64,000 nucleotides of DNA, taken from the NCBI GenBank assembly GCA_043228905.1, contig JBHGNT010000016.1:12648001-12712000 (forward strand), given 5' to 3'. Below, piece by piece: positions 1 through 10,879 of this stretch (positions are counted from its first letter, which is position 1; every line of letters starts with the position of its first letter). The position numbers and the translations under genes were made by a program. The notes under the pieces are model-generated. The model saw only the letters and a program-made list of their open reading frames with translations. It did not search any database and was not told where the DNA came from. This stretch comes from Azolla caroliniana. Lineage: Eukaryota > Plantae > Polypodiophyta.

Positions 1-2
1 AC

Positions 3-3000
3 CGGAGAGGTTCGGATCGGCGAGGGCAGGACCGGAAAGGAACGACGGCACTCGCGGCAAGTGAAGAGGAGATCATGCTCATTACCGAAGAGAGGGAGCT
101 GAACCTTGCCGGAGAGGAGATGACCTGGGTGGTCGATTCCGGAGCGTCGTTCCACCTGACCCCGGAGAAGAATTACTTCTCATCCTACACAGCCGGTGAA
201 CATGGTTGTGTCCGGATGGGAAATGAAGGTACGTGCCGGATTGCCGGCATAGGAGACGTGTGGCTGATGACATCAACCGGATGCAAGATGCTGCTGAAGG
301 ATGTGCGACACGTTCCGGAGGTTCGATTGAACCTGATCTCGGCCGGGAGGCTAGACGATGAAGGCTACACGGGTAGCATCCGGAACGGTGTCATGAAGTT
401 CAGCAAAGGGAGCCTGATAGTGGCTCGGGCCTGGAAAGTCAACACACTGTACCTGATGAATGCCCGGTTGTGTCCGGAAGAGTTGAACGTGGCAGCCGAC
501 ACTGCCGGTGAGCTGTGGCACAAGAGGCTGTGCCACATGAGTGAGAAGGGGATGAAGAGGCTTGCAGAAGACAACCTTATTCCAGTGAAGCATGTGCACC
601 TAGAGAAGTGCACCGACTGTCTGGCCGGTAAGCAAAACCGGACCTCCTTCCACTCAAGGCCACCGATGAGACGTGGCGCACCATTGGAGTTGGTGCACAC
701 TGACGTGTGTCAGGTAGAAACGAAGTCACATGGCGGAGCCCAGTACTTCGTGACATTCATTGATGACCACAGCCGGAAGCTGTGGACGGCACCGTTGAAG
801 ACAAAGGACCAAGTACTGTCCGTCTTCAAAGAACTCCACGCGAGAGTGGAAAGGGAATCCGGCAAGAAGCTGAAAGCGATACGAGCGGATAACGGAGGGG
901 AATACCGGGGACAGTTCCAGGAGTACTGTCGCTCGAAGGGAATCCGGCTCGAGTTTACTGTGCCGAAGACGCCGGAACTGAACGGGCTGGCCGAGAGGAT
1001 GAACCGGACCATAATGGAGAGGGTCCGGAGTATGCTGGCGCATGCGAAATTACCCAAGGGGTTTTGGGCTGAGGCAATGTCGACGGCGACATACGTGATA
1101 AACAGATCACCCTCAGTACCTTTGGACGGAGACACGCCGCAGAAAGTGTGGACCGGTAAGGAAGTGTCCTACCGGCATCTGAAGGTGTTCGGGTGTCTCG
1201 CATACGTGCATGTGGCAAAGGACCGGAGAGGAAAGTTAGATCCAAAGACCCGGCCATGCATATTCCTCGGTTACGGCGACGACGAGTTCGGCTACCGAGT
1301 ATGGGACCCGGTCGACAAGAAGATATTCAGGAGTCGAGACATCATCTTCATGGAGGACAAGACACTCGCCGACTGGGAGTCGGAGAAGAAGATGAAGAGC
1401 TCCAAGTCGACCGGTGAGGATCAACTCTACGAGGAGCAGTCCCGACCGGCAAGGGACCGGTTAGCACTCGAGGATCCGGCCGAAGACGGTGAAGAAACAG
1501 AACCGGCCGAAGAAGATGAAAATGATACCGGAACCGGCCCCGATCCCGAAATGGATTCGGATGAAGAAGAATCGGAAGAACCGGTTACCGAAGCTCCCGA
1601 ACGGAGATATCCTCTAAGAGAGAGGAGGGCCCCCCGGAGATTTCCGGATCCAGAGCACGTGCTGTTAACCGACGAGGGGGAGCCGGAGAGCTTTGAAGAA
1701 GCAAAACGTGACACCCAGAGCCGCAGGTGGTTGAGTGCCATGCAGGACGAGATGGATTCCCTGCATGAGAACCACACATATGAACTTGTGGAGTTGCCAA
1801 AAGGAAAGCGGGCACTTCGAAACAAGTGGGTGTTCAAGCTGAAACCGGGAGATGCCGGAAACCCCCCGAGATACAAAGCCAGGATCGTGGTGAAGGGGTT
1901 TCAGCAAAAGAAGGGCGTCGACTTCGACGAGATATTTGCCCCGGTAGTGAAGATGACCTCCATCCGGACGGTGCTGAGCATAGCGGCAAGCATGGACCTC
2001 GAGGTAGAACAGATGGACGTGAAGACGGCATTCCTTCACGGTGACCTCGAAGAAGAAATCTACATGCAGCAACCAGAAGGATTCGAGAAGAAAGGGAAGG
2101 AGCACCTGGTATGCCGGTTGAAGAAGAGCCTTTACGGACTGAAGCAGGCTCCCCGGCAATGGTACCGGAAGTTCGACTCCTTCATGACCGACGAAGGGTA
2201 CCACAAAACGCAGTCTGATCACTGCGTGTTTGTGAAGAAGTTCGAAGGAGGAGACTCTCTAATACTCCTCCTGTACGTGGACGACATGTTGATCGTCGGA
2301 CGGGACCAGGTCAAGATACGGGCGCTGAAGAAAGCACTTTACCGAACCTTCTCAATGAAGGACCTGGGTCCGGCGAGGCAAATACTAGGGATGCACATCA
2401 TCCGGGACCGGAAGAAGAAGCAGTTGTGGCTGTCACAGGAGAAGTACGTGACAAAGGTGCTTCACCGGTTCAACATGTCGGAAGCAAGACCGGTCGGATC
2501 GACCCTTCCGGCAAACTGCAAGCTGTCCAGCAAGCAAAGTCCCAAGACAAAGGCTGAAAAGGAGGATATGATGAAAGTGCCGTATGCCTCAGCCGTCGGG
2601 AGCTTGATGTACGCCATGGTGTGTACGAGACCGGACATAGGATATGCAGTCGGAGTGGTGAGCCGGTACATGAGCAATCCCGGCAAAGAGCATTGGAACG
2701 CGGTCAAGTGGATACTCCGATACCTGAAGGGCACAGCAAATGTGTGCCTCCGATTCGGCTCCGGTAAACCCGAACTCGACGGTTTCACTGATTCGGATAT
2801 GTCGGCTGATGCAGATACCAGCCGGTCCACATCAGGGTATGTGATGACGTATGCAGGGGGAGCTGTTTCGTGGCAGTCGAGGCTGCAGAAGACGGTTGCG
2901 TTGTCAACCACGGAGGCGGAGTACATGGCGGCCGTTGAAGCCGGCAAGGAAGTAATATGGATGAAGGACTTCATTAGAGAGCTCGGTATCCGGCAGGAGG

Positions 3001-3251
3001 AGTACCGACTCTACTGCGACAGTCAGAGTGCCATCCACCTTGCGAAGAACGCGGCCTATCACTCCCGGACGAAGCACATCCAGCGGAGATATCACTGGAT
3101 CCGGGAAAGGATAGAAGACAAGGAGTTCGTGCTGACGAAGATCCACACGGACGAGAACGGGTCGGATATGCTGACCAAGGTGCTCACACCCGACAAACTG
3201 GAAGCATGCCGAAAGAGGATCGGATTGGAGAGACATCCCATGCCGAAGTGA
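3..3251 (+). CDS. Copia polyprotein (protease, integrase, RT, RNase H), 5'-partial
   Basis: Frame is open from base 3. Motifs: WVVDSGASFH protease, WHKRLCH/CTDC zinc finger, VHTD..IRADNGGEY..NGLAERMNR integrase, YKARIVVKG, QMDVKTAFLHG, LLYVDDML RT, DSDM..STTEAEY..CDSQSAI RNase H. No stops. Confidence 0.97.
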   Translation, partial: RRGSDRRGQDRKGTTALAASEEEIMLITEERELNLAGEEMTWVVDSGASFHLTPEKNYFSSYTAGEHGCVRMGNEGTCRIAGIGDVWLMTSTGCKMLLKDVRHVPEVRLNLISAGRLDDEGYTGSIRNGVMKFSKGSLIVARAWKVNTLYLMNARLCPEELNVAADTAGELWHKRLCHMSEKGMKRLAEDNLIPVKHVHLEKCTDCLAGKQNRTSFHSRPPMRRGAPLELVHTDVCQVETKSHGGAQYFVTFIDDHSRKLWTAPLKTKDQVLSVFKELHARVERESGKKLKAIRADNGGEYRGQFQEYCRSKGIRLEFTVPKTPELNGLAERMNRTIMERVRSMLAHAKLPKGFWAEAMSTATYVINRSPSVPLDGDTPQKVWTGKEVSYRHLKVFGCLAYVHVAKDRRGKLDPKTRPCIFLGYGDDEFGYRVWDPVDKKIFRSRDIIFMEDKTLADWESEKKMKSSKSTGEDQLYEEQSRPARDRLALEDPAEDGEETEPAEEDENDTGTGPDPEMDSDEEESEEPVTEAPERRYPLRERRAPRRFPDPEHVLLTDEGEPESFEEAKRDTQSRRWLSAMQDEMDSLHENHTYELVELPKGKRALRNKWVFKLKPGDAGNPPRYKARIVVKGFQQKKGVDFDEIFAPVVKMTSIRTVLSIAASMDLEVEQMDVKTAFLHGDLEEEIYMQQPEGFEKKGKEHLVCRLKKSLYGLKQAPRQWYRKFDSFMTDEGYHKTQSDHCVFVKKFEGGDSLILLLYVDDMLIVGRDQVKIRALKKALYRTFSMKDLGPARQILGMHIIRDRKKKQLWLSQEKYVTKVLHRFNMSEARPVGSTLPANCKLSSKQSPKTKAEKEDMMKVPYASAVGSLMYAMVCTRPDIGYAVGVVSRYMSNPGKEHWNAVKWILRYLKGTANVCLRFGSGKPELDGFTDSDMSADADTSRSTSGYVMTYAGGAVSWQSRLQKTVALSTTEAEYMAAVEAGKEVIWMKDFIRELGIRQEEYRLYCDSQSAIHLAKNAAYHSRTKHIQRRYHWIRERIEDKEFVLTKIHTDENGSDMLTKVLTPDKLEACRKRIGLERHPMPK

Positions 3252-3261
3252 AGGGGGAGTT

Positions 3262-4099
3262 TGTTGGGATATCGGTCCCTCCGGATGGGATGTCCGGAGA
3301 TGAATGACGGCAAGCCCGGTTGCGGTTACGGAACCGGATGATGAAGAGTACCCGGATACGGATCCGGATGATGAAGAGTACCCGGCATGAAGCCGGATGA
3401 AGAGTACCCGGATACGGATCCGGATGATGAAGAGTACCCGGCATGAAGCCGGATGAAGAGTACCCGGATACGGATCCGGATGATGAAGAGTACCCGGCAT
3501 GAAGCCGGATGAAGAGTACCCGGATACGGATCCGGATGATGAAGAGTACCCGGCATGAAGACCGGATGAAGAGTACCCGGATACGGATCCGGATGATGAA
3601 GACCCCGGTATCGGAGCCGGATGATGAGTGTACCCGGAGAGAGATCCGGATGCGGGGACATATTTGTGAATATGTTTGCCAAGGGCCCTCGAGGCTATAT
3701 TTGTAAATAGCCCGAAAGTCATATGTGTATAAATATGACTTAGGGCAAACAGTTTATGTTGTTGCTCATTTTCTGTTTTCTTCTTAGAGGGAGCGAAGTG
3801 AGAGCAGCCGAGAGAGAGAAAGAGAGAAACGAGGAGGTCGTTGCCTCTGTGTATTACCGCCGCCTGTGGCGAAGATAGTGAGCTCAAGGTTGTTGCCTTG
3901 AAGCTTCACCATTGTACATCTCTGTTCATAGTGATAGTTGGAGTTTGAGGACTCCCGTGGTTTTTCCCATATAGGGTTTCCACGTTAATCCCTGTGTCAT
4001 CGTGTCTTTCTCTGTGTTTCCTATTTTCTGCTGCATTGATTCGCGAATACTCGGTTGTGGCCGAGCGGCGAAGGACAATCGGAGCATTGATTCTCGACA
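3262..4099 (+). repeat. 3' LTR of copia A (838 bp)
   Basis: Starts TGTTGGG directly after the PPT and ends TTCTCGACA. Contains TATAAATA near 3728 and a CCCGTGGTTTTTCCC..GGGTTTCCACG U5-like motif. Confidence 0.88.
3334..3650 (+). repeat. 56-bp tandem repeat (two related 27-30 bp subunits) in the U3 region of LTR A
   Basis: GGCATGAAG recurs at 3384, 3440, 3496 and 3552. Subunits are CCGGATG(ATG)AAGAGTACCCGG + ATACGGAT or CATGAAG. Confidence 0.95.
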
Positions 4100-4910
4100 T
4101 ACACCTCTTCTAATTCGCCTTGGAGGAAAGCATTCTTGACATCCATTTGGTGGAGGTGCCACCCTTTCGTCGCTGCGAGTGCAATTACGGTCCGCATCGT
4201 CGTCATCTTTGCCACCGGGGCAAATGTTTCTTCGTAGTCGACGCCATGTGTTTGTGCGTATCCTTTCGCTACGAGTCGAGCTTTGTAGCGGTTGACGGAG
4301 CTGTCAGCATTATACTTCACATTGTAGATCCATCTACATCCGATCGCCTTCCTGTGCGGTGAGTGGGGAACAAGATCCCATGTGTCGTTCTTGCGTAGTG
4401 CACGCATCTCCTCATTCATTGCTTCGATCCAACGGGTCCTTCGCGGCTTCAGAAAAGGTTTCCAGCTCCCATACTATTGCGACCTTCATCATAAAAGAGT
4501 AATGGTACGCCATATAATCGTTGTAGCCAAATCGGCTTACGAGATTCTTTTCACGGGTGGATCGGTGGAGCTTCTCGTTTGGGGATACTACGGCTTTCTC
4601 CACCCCATTTGTCCGGATCTCAAGGCCTTCGAACTCACTATTGAGGGAGTGAGTCGATTCGTTGCCGTCAAAGTGATCGTCTTCATACTCCCGCATTTTC
4701 TCCTTCCCTTTGTCCATCTTCAGACTCGGCCGAGATGTGCTTTGATCGCTCCGGGGCTCTTGTGGCCCACTAAGCCTTGTCGTAATTGGGCTTTCTTCGA
4801 ACATGCGCGTGAGTCGATCTTCGGCTTCTATCTCTATTTCGGCAGAATCCGGGTCGAGCGGAATCGAAGTTGAAGTTGTCTTTGGTGCGTACTAGGATGT
4901 GGACTCGTCG

Positions 4911-5328
4911 AAAACGACATCTCGACTTACTCGAGATTTTCGAGTTGAGGGGTTGTAGCACTTGTACCCTTTTGCTCTAGTGAGTATCCTACGAGGATAC
5001 ATTTCTCCGACTTCGGGTCGAGCTTTTGACGCTTCTCGTCGGGGATGTGCATGTACGCAATGGAGCCGAATATTCGAACATGCGATAGGTCTGGCTTCTT
5101 TCCGAAGAACTTCTCGTGCGGAGTAAGTTCGTGCACACTTGATGTCGTACACCGATTCATGAGATAGACGGTCGTGTTAGCTGCTTCCACCCAATACGAT
5201 TTCGGCATGTGCTTTTCGTTAAGCATAGCCCGTGCTACTTCGAGAATGTGTTGATTCTTGCGTTCGGCCACTCCGTTTTGTTGTGGCATATGTCGACACG
5301 GAAACTCTCGCTGTATTCCTTCTTTCTG
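4911..5328. repeat. 418-bp direct duplication of element B integrase, copy 1 (copy 2 at 8043-8460)
   Basis: Constant offset of 3132 bp, about 13 substitutions by eye, and the same frameshift in both copies. Confidence 0.95.
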
Positions 5329-8042
5329 TGTTATTGCTAGGGCCGGACAACAGCCTAACACAAGGTGTCCACTTAAGACACGTCACCAAAGGGTGGTACG
5401 GCAGAATGACTTACGGCACAACGCTTAATTAGACCTTAATCGATTACTTAGCCATCCGTAATTAACACGTGTAAGATATAACAATAAATACAGAACGGTA
5501 ATCAACACTTGAAGATTAAGACAATAAGCTTTATTAATTATCCGCTCCTCATTACATTGTAACCAGGCCTTTATATAGGTCTCCGGTGCGAAATACAAAA
5601 CGATGCCAACCGGCACCTTTACAGAATCGTCCGGATCCGGATCGGCATACCGATTCCGGTCCGTCCATCCACATCTTTCTTATATAATAATATGTATATA
5701 TTAAGACTACTAATTACAACAGTTCCCGAATAACTATTCCTTTCACACTCTGGTTTGGACCTCCTTAAGCCTTCTTTGCCGGCCGGTAACACATGGCATG
5801 CCCGTGGGACAATACCTTGTACGTCGAACCCACTGTCCAGCCCTTTTACGCTTCGTCCAAAATGTCCAGAATGTTTTGCTCCAAAATTTCCAATAGCTCG
5901 TCGGGAATCTGTTGTTGTTGTTGTGGTTGTTGCTGTTGTTCCGTTTGTGGTTGTGGCTGTTGCTCCGTTTGTGGCTGTGGCTCCGTTTGTCGCTCTAGCA
6001 CCAGCGTTTCCATCGTTGGTTCCTCTGTCGGAGTTGTCTGTGGCTGACTGACCCCGGCCTGTTCCCCCTCCGGTCTTTGCACCGGCGACGGTTCCTCATC
6101 ACTAAGGTTGACCGTTGCCACCTTTCGCGCTTTTTCTTCCCGGAGCCGGGACCGCTCATAGCTTTCGAACTGGATTTGAGCCTCCAACCGATCATCGTCC
6201 AGTTGAGCTACGAGCTGTCGGACCTGCACCAATTGTTCATCCGCCAGGGCTGTGAAATCTTCCGCTAGCTCATCCCTAATGGTGGTGAAGTCCTCCGAGG
6301 TCAGCATATAGCAGTCGTCGCCCTCCTTTCGCCGGTTTTCAACGTCCGCCCTAAGCAATTGGAGTTCCGCAGTATTTTGTGCCCATTTTGCCCACCAACG
6401 CACAGAGTTGTCATCAATCAAGCTTTTGGTTTTAGTGAGCCATGACCGGAGGATGCACTGGATCCGTTCGGCTCCCATCTGTGATTTATTTTCTGCGGCT
6501 TATCGCTCTTCCTTCAACTACTTGATGATCCGAACCGTGTCCGCCTCCTGCTCCCTATAATGCGACAATTGAGTTTGATAGGTTGTTTGCAACCTCTGTA
6601 GTACCATTGACGCTCTTTCCTTGTCTTCATGGTTCTGTTTGTGGAGCTCCATCCAGTCATTCGCCGCTTCCTCCAATAGCCTGGAACTTTCCGCTCGTTC
6701 TTCGGCGAGTGCCGTTGTGGCGCTATCAACCTCTTGCCGGAGCTCGGCCATCCGTTCCTGTTGTTGCTTATGCTCTGTCTCCAACTGCTTGTAGTCCCGA
6801 TGCAGATGATCGAAATCATCGGTCTTCTGCTTCAGTCGTTGGTTGATCTGACGGCGCGCGCGGTCCTCCCTGTCCTTCTGTTGACGGAGCTCTTCCTTCA
6901 GCCTCTCTATTTCCGTCTCCGCCATCCGTCGCAGCTTGTCTTTTTCCTGCAGCACTTTCTCTTTTTCCTCCTTCAGCCGGTCTTTCCTGTTGTTCCGCCG
7001 GCGTCTGAGGTCCGGTCTTCCTTTGGTGTTGCCGGCTCGACTTCCGGTGTTGTTGGTTTCTCTGGTCGTCGATGTCTGGTTTGTGTTTGCATCTCTTCTC
7101 TGTCTTCTATGGTCCTTCAGTGTTAACCAACTCTGGTTCTTGTTCCGATTTTGGTTCCAACTCTCTCCACGTTGTTTCTTCTGGAACCATTGCCCATGCA
7201 TTCTCAGCACATCCTGCCGGTCTCCGCTCCACACACTGCGACTTTCTCCGCAGTCTCCTGGTGGGCTTCTCTTTCCGGTTGTGTTGGCACCGGTTCCCTT
7301 TGCGTTGTTATTTATCCAGCCGTGCATCTTGCACCACGCTTTTGAGAACACGCACATTGTCGCTAACCGCTTTCGGAAACACGCAAATGGACACTAATCG
7401 CAACCTCGCACAAACATTGTTGCCATTCATGCATTCCTCCATAGACTTCCTCCAACATCTTCACCGTCATTTTCGTGTTTCGCCATTTCTTGCACTTAGT
7501 CGCTATGGCTTGCACATCCGCGTATCATTCTTTGACTTCGTCTGCAAAAGGGGGTCACCTTAGTGGTCGCCAAAAACTGTGTTATTGCTAGGGCCGGACA
7601 ACAGCCTAACACAGGGTGTCCACTTAAGACACGTCACCAAAGGGTGGTACGGCAGAATGACTTATGGCACAACGTTTAATTAGACCTTAATCGATTACTT
7701 AGCCATCTGTAATTAACACGTGTAAGATATAACAATAAATACAGAACGGTAATCAACACTTGAAGATTAAGACAATAAGCTTTATTAATTATCCGCTCCT
7801 CATTACATTGTAATCAGGCCTTTATATAGGTCTCCAGTGCGAAATACAAAACGGTGCCAACCGGCACCTTTACGGAATCGTTCCGGATCCGGATCGGCAT
7901 ACCGATTCCGGTCCGTCCATCCACATCTTCTTATATAATAATATGTATATATTAAGACTACTAATTACAACAGTTCCCGAATAACTATTCCTTTCACACT
8001 CTGGCTTGGACCTCCTTAAGCCTTCTTTGCCGGCTGGTAACA
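5329..8042 (-). mobile_element. Non-autonomous LTR element C (2.7 kb, no recognisable gag/pol)
   Basis: Two 463-bp direct repeats at 5329-5791 and 7580-8042 with TGTTA...TAACA termini (about 10 substitutions and 2 indels by eye). PBS TGGCGACCAC on the minus strand at 7572-7563 (tRNA-Arg-like). Internal coiled-coil ORF. Confidence 0.9.
5846..7357 (-). pseudogene. About 500-codon coiled-coil/Q-rich ORF of element C, broken by two in-frame stops
   Basis: ORFs 6518-7357 and 5846-6478 are in the same frame. The 39-nt linker reads IIK*LKEER*AAENKSQM, with TAG/TAA at plausible CAG/CAA positions. Confidence 0.7.
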
Positions 8043-8460
8043 AAAACGACGTCTCAACTTACTCGAGATTTTCGAGTTGAGGGGTTGTAGCACTTGTACC
8101 CTTTTGCTCTAGTGAGTATCCTACGAGGATACATTTCTCCGACTTCGAGTCGAGCTTTTGACGCTTCTCGTCGGGGATGTGCATGTACGCAATGGAGCCG
8201 AATATTCGAACATGCGATAGGTCCGGCTTCTTTCTGAAGAACTTCTCGTGCGGAGTAAGTTCGTGCACACCCGATGTCGTACACCGATTCATGAGATAGA
8301 CGGTCGTGTTAGCTGCTTCCACCCAATACGATTTCGGCATGTGCTTTTTGTTAAGCATAGCCCGTGCCACTTCGAGGATGTGCTGATTCTTGCGTTCGGC
8401 CACTCCGTTTTGTTGTGGCATATGTCGACACGAAAACTCTCGCCGTATTCCTTCTTTCTG
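8043..8460. repeat. 418-bp direct duplication, copy 2
   Basis: Begins directly after LTR C (AAAACGAC) and ends CTTCTTTCTG, matching 4911-5328. Confidence 0.95.
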
Positions 8461-10372
8461 TAGAAACGCCGAAAATTTGTCGGAGAAGTACTCCTTGCCT
8501 CCATCCGACCAAAGACATCATACATGTCGGCCCGTGGCTTTCTCAGAGTCATTCTTAAATTTTTGGAAGTGTCCGAACACTTCGCTCTTTTGTTGCATGG
8601 GGTAGATCCAGGTATTCCTGGAGAAGTCATCGATGAAGGCCACGTAGTATCGGCATCCGCCGAATGTAGCCGTCTGAGCCGGACCCCATACATCGGAATG
8701 AATTACGTCAAGTACGCCTTTGCTCACGTTCCGCTCCTTTGGAAATGGGTGCCGATGTTGCTTGCCGAATTGGCAAGTGGCACACACGCCTTCAATCTCT
8801 TTCTCCGTGAATGTCGGGAGCCCGATGACGACTCCTTTCGATTGCATTGCCTTGAGCTTTTGGAGGTTGATATGGCCAATCTGCTTGTGCCATAACTCTA
8901 TGTCAAAATCGGCTTTCATGCCCTTTGCGAACATGGCCAATTTCATCTCGTGTGAGTCGAGAATGAATATTCGGCCCTCTCTTCATCCGCGAGCGATGAG
9001 TCGGCCCTCTTTTTCGATGAAGCAACCACCTTGATTAAATCGTACTTGCATTCCTTGCTCTACAATTTGGCCGACGGAGACCAAATTCTTCGTGATAGTT
9101 GGTACATGCAAGACATTTTTAATATAAGTTTGCTTACCTTCTTCTCCGAACGGAACATTGCTGATGTGCCGAATCGGGTGCATAGTGTCGTCTCCGGTTT
9201 CGACAAAGCCGGGTCGGTCCGGCTCTTGAAGTTCTTGGAACCATTCTTGATGTGACGTCATATGGTTCGAGGCACCGGAATTGACGAACCATACGTCTTC
9301 CGGACCGAAGGCATTAGTAGAAGTAGAGGCCGACATAGAATTCGCTCTATGTCTCATCACGAACATTCCGTCGCGATCGTCATAGTCGGAGTTGAGGGTG
9401 TAGTTGGTGAGTTGTCAGCTAGTGGAAGCCGACTCGCGTATCTTCTTATGACATTCTTCTTCGTGGTGACTGATTTTTCCGCAATATCCGCATTCAACCG
9501 AGCTTTGTCGGTTCAGACCGGAATGGAAGCTCCCCCTTCTTCTGAAGGTCCCTCAATGGCTTCTGTCTTGATGCCGAAATTGCGAGTTGTTTTCGTAAGT
9601 CGGACCTCGTCCGCCTCGTCCTTGGCCGAATCAGCCTCTTCTTGCACGACCATGTCCTCTTCCTCCATCCGAATGTGTGTAGAGCATGTGGCCTTCTAAG
9701 GCGTTGCTCCTCGTTCAAACATGGTTTTCTTCGACCAACAACACAAATTGAAGATCATAGGAGGGTGGATTCTCCCGTGCTAGTACGACGGTCTGCATCG
9801 CGCCGAATCGTGGTGCAAGGCCGCCAAGGCATATTTGCACCATCACATCATCGTCCACATTGATGCTTATCGAGCCAAGAGAGTCGCAAAGATCCTTGAT
9901 CTTCAAGGTGTATCTTGTGATGGACATATCCCTTTGTTGAATGTTGTTCAACTCTTGGAGGAGTTGAAGCTTTCTCGCGGTAGTGTTGGCGGCGAAAATA
10001 TTTCATAGATTCTCCCACGCTTCTTTCAGCGTCTCGGCTTCTTGAATATACCCGAGCATGTGGTTGTGAACACATGTCGCCAAGCAATACATCACTCGGC
10101 TTGCCGCTTGCTCCCACGTTGCATTGTCGACGTCTTCCAGCTTGGGTCGGTTTTCTTGTGCTCCCACTTCTCGCTAGGGAGAGCGCTCCTCATTTGAGTA
10201 TTTATTGTCGATTAAGCTTCCTTTCTTCTTTTCCTTCTCTCTTGAACACGAGCTATGTAGTAGTACTACGATAGCGATGAGCTGGTTCTTCTTGAACGTC
10301 GGTGTAGAGCACAACACACGATCACGATGAGGCGAGTGGGCTAGATCGAGCTACCAAATCGCTCTGATACCA

Positions 10373-10829
10373 TGTAAAGAATCGATGGTGGTTCTTGTGT
10401 AGCGGAAGAGATGTGTGTTATGTGTATGTGTGAGAGGAAAGAGGAGAGGAGAGAAACACAAGATGGATAAGAGACAAAATGAAGTACTCAAGAAGTAGGA
10501 GATGTATATTAACAAGGAGAATATGATAAATGAAAATGTAGCATTACAAGGAATCACAACCAACTTAGTATGAAGTATGAGGAGAGTGCTTTATATAGAG
10601 TCACCCTCTCTCTTCATTAACTTTACAACAACCACTCTCTCTCTTGGGGAACATGAAGACTTATAGTCATGGGGAATATGTAACTCATTAGTTATGTGTC
10701 ATAGAATATGATTCTATGACAAATAGTTAATGTGTAGAGAGTAGTGGTGTGACTCTTCACCTTTGAGTAATCATGGTTTCTCAAAAGGTGTGTTCACACG
10801 TTGCACTATGCTGAGCTTGATTCTCAACA
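10373..10829 (-). repeat. LTR of element B family (457 bp)
   Basis: TG...CA termini. PBS on one side and PPT (ACTCCCCCTT, 10830-10839) on the other. Homologous to the solo LTR at 43409-46004. Confidence 0.9.
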
Positions 10830-10879
10830 ACTCCCCCTTGTCATCGATTGTCGGCTTTCGGCCTGACTAGTCAGCTCCT

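Larger units (their letters stand above)
1..4099 (+). mobile_element. Ty1/copia LTR retrotransposon A (Tnt1/Tork-like); 5' part lies outside the window
   Basis: Uninterrupted pol ORF, then PPT AAGGGGGAG (3251-3259) and a TG...CA LTR at 3262-4099. It interrupts the RT of element B ([10 protein letters not shown]| at 4100). Confidence 0.95.
4100..10829 (-). mobile_element. Decayed Ty1/copia element B, interrupted by C and truncated by A
   Basis: Minus-strand order: LTR 10373-10829, PBS TGGTATCAGAGC (10361-10372, tRNA-iMet), gag fragments (9500-10120), protease WFVNSGASNHMT, integrase (LWHKQIGH..CATC, VIHSDVWGP, PQQNGVAERKN), RT ([21 protein letters not shown]). Frameshifts and stops throughout. 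Confidence 0.93.

Noticed and set aside
3334-3650. CRISPR-like regular repeats
   Set aside because: No unique spacers or cas genes; it is a tandem array inside a plant LTR.
2904-3887. 327-aa antisense ORF with SGYSSS repeats
   Set aside because: It is the stop-free reverse reading of the LTR tandem repeat and pol end.
4082-4099. End of LTR A resembles the terminus of LTR B (GAGC.TTGATTCTC.ACA)
   Set aside because: Short match best explained by shared copia integrase attachment motifs.
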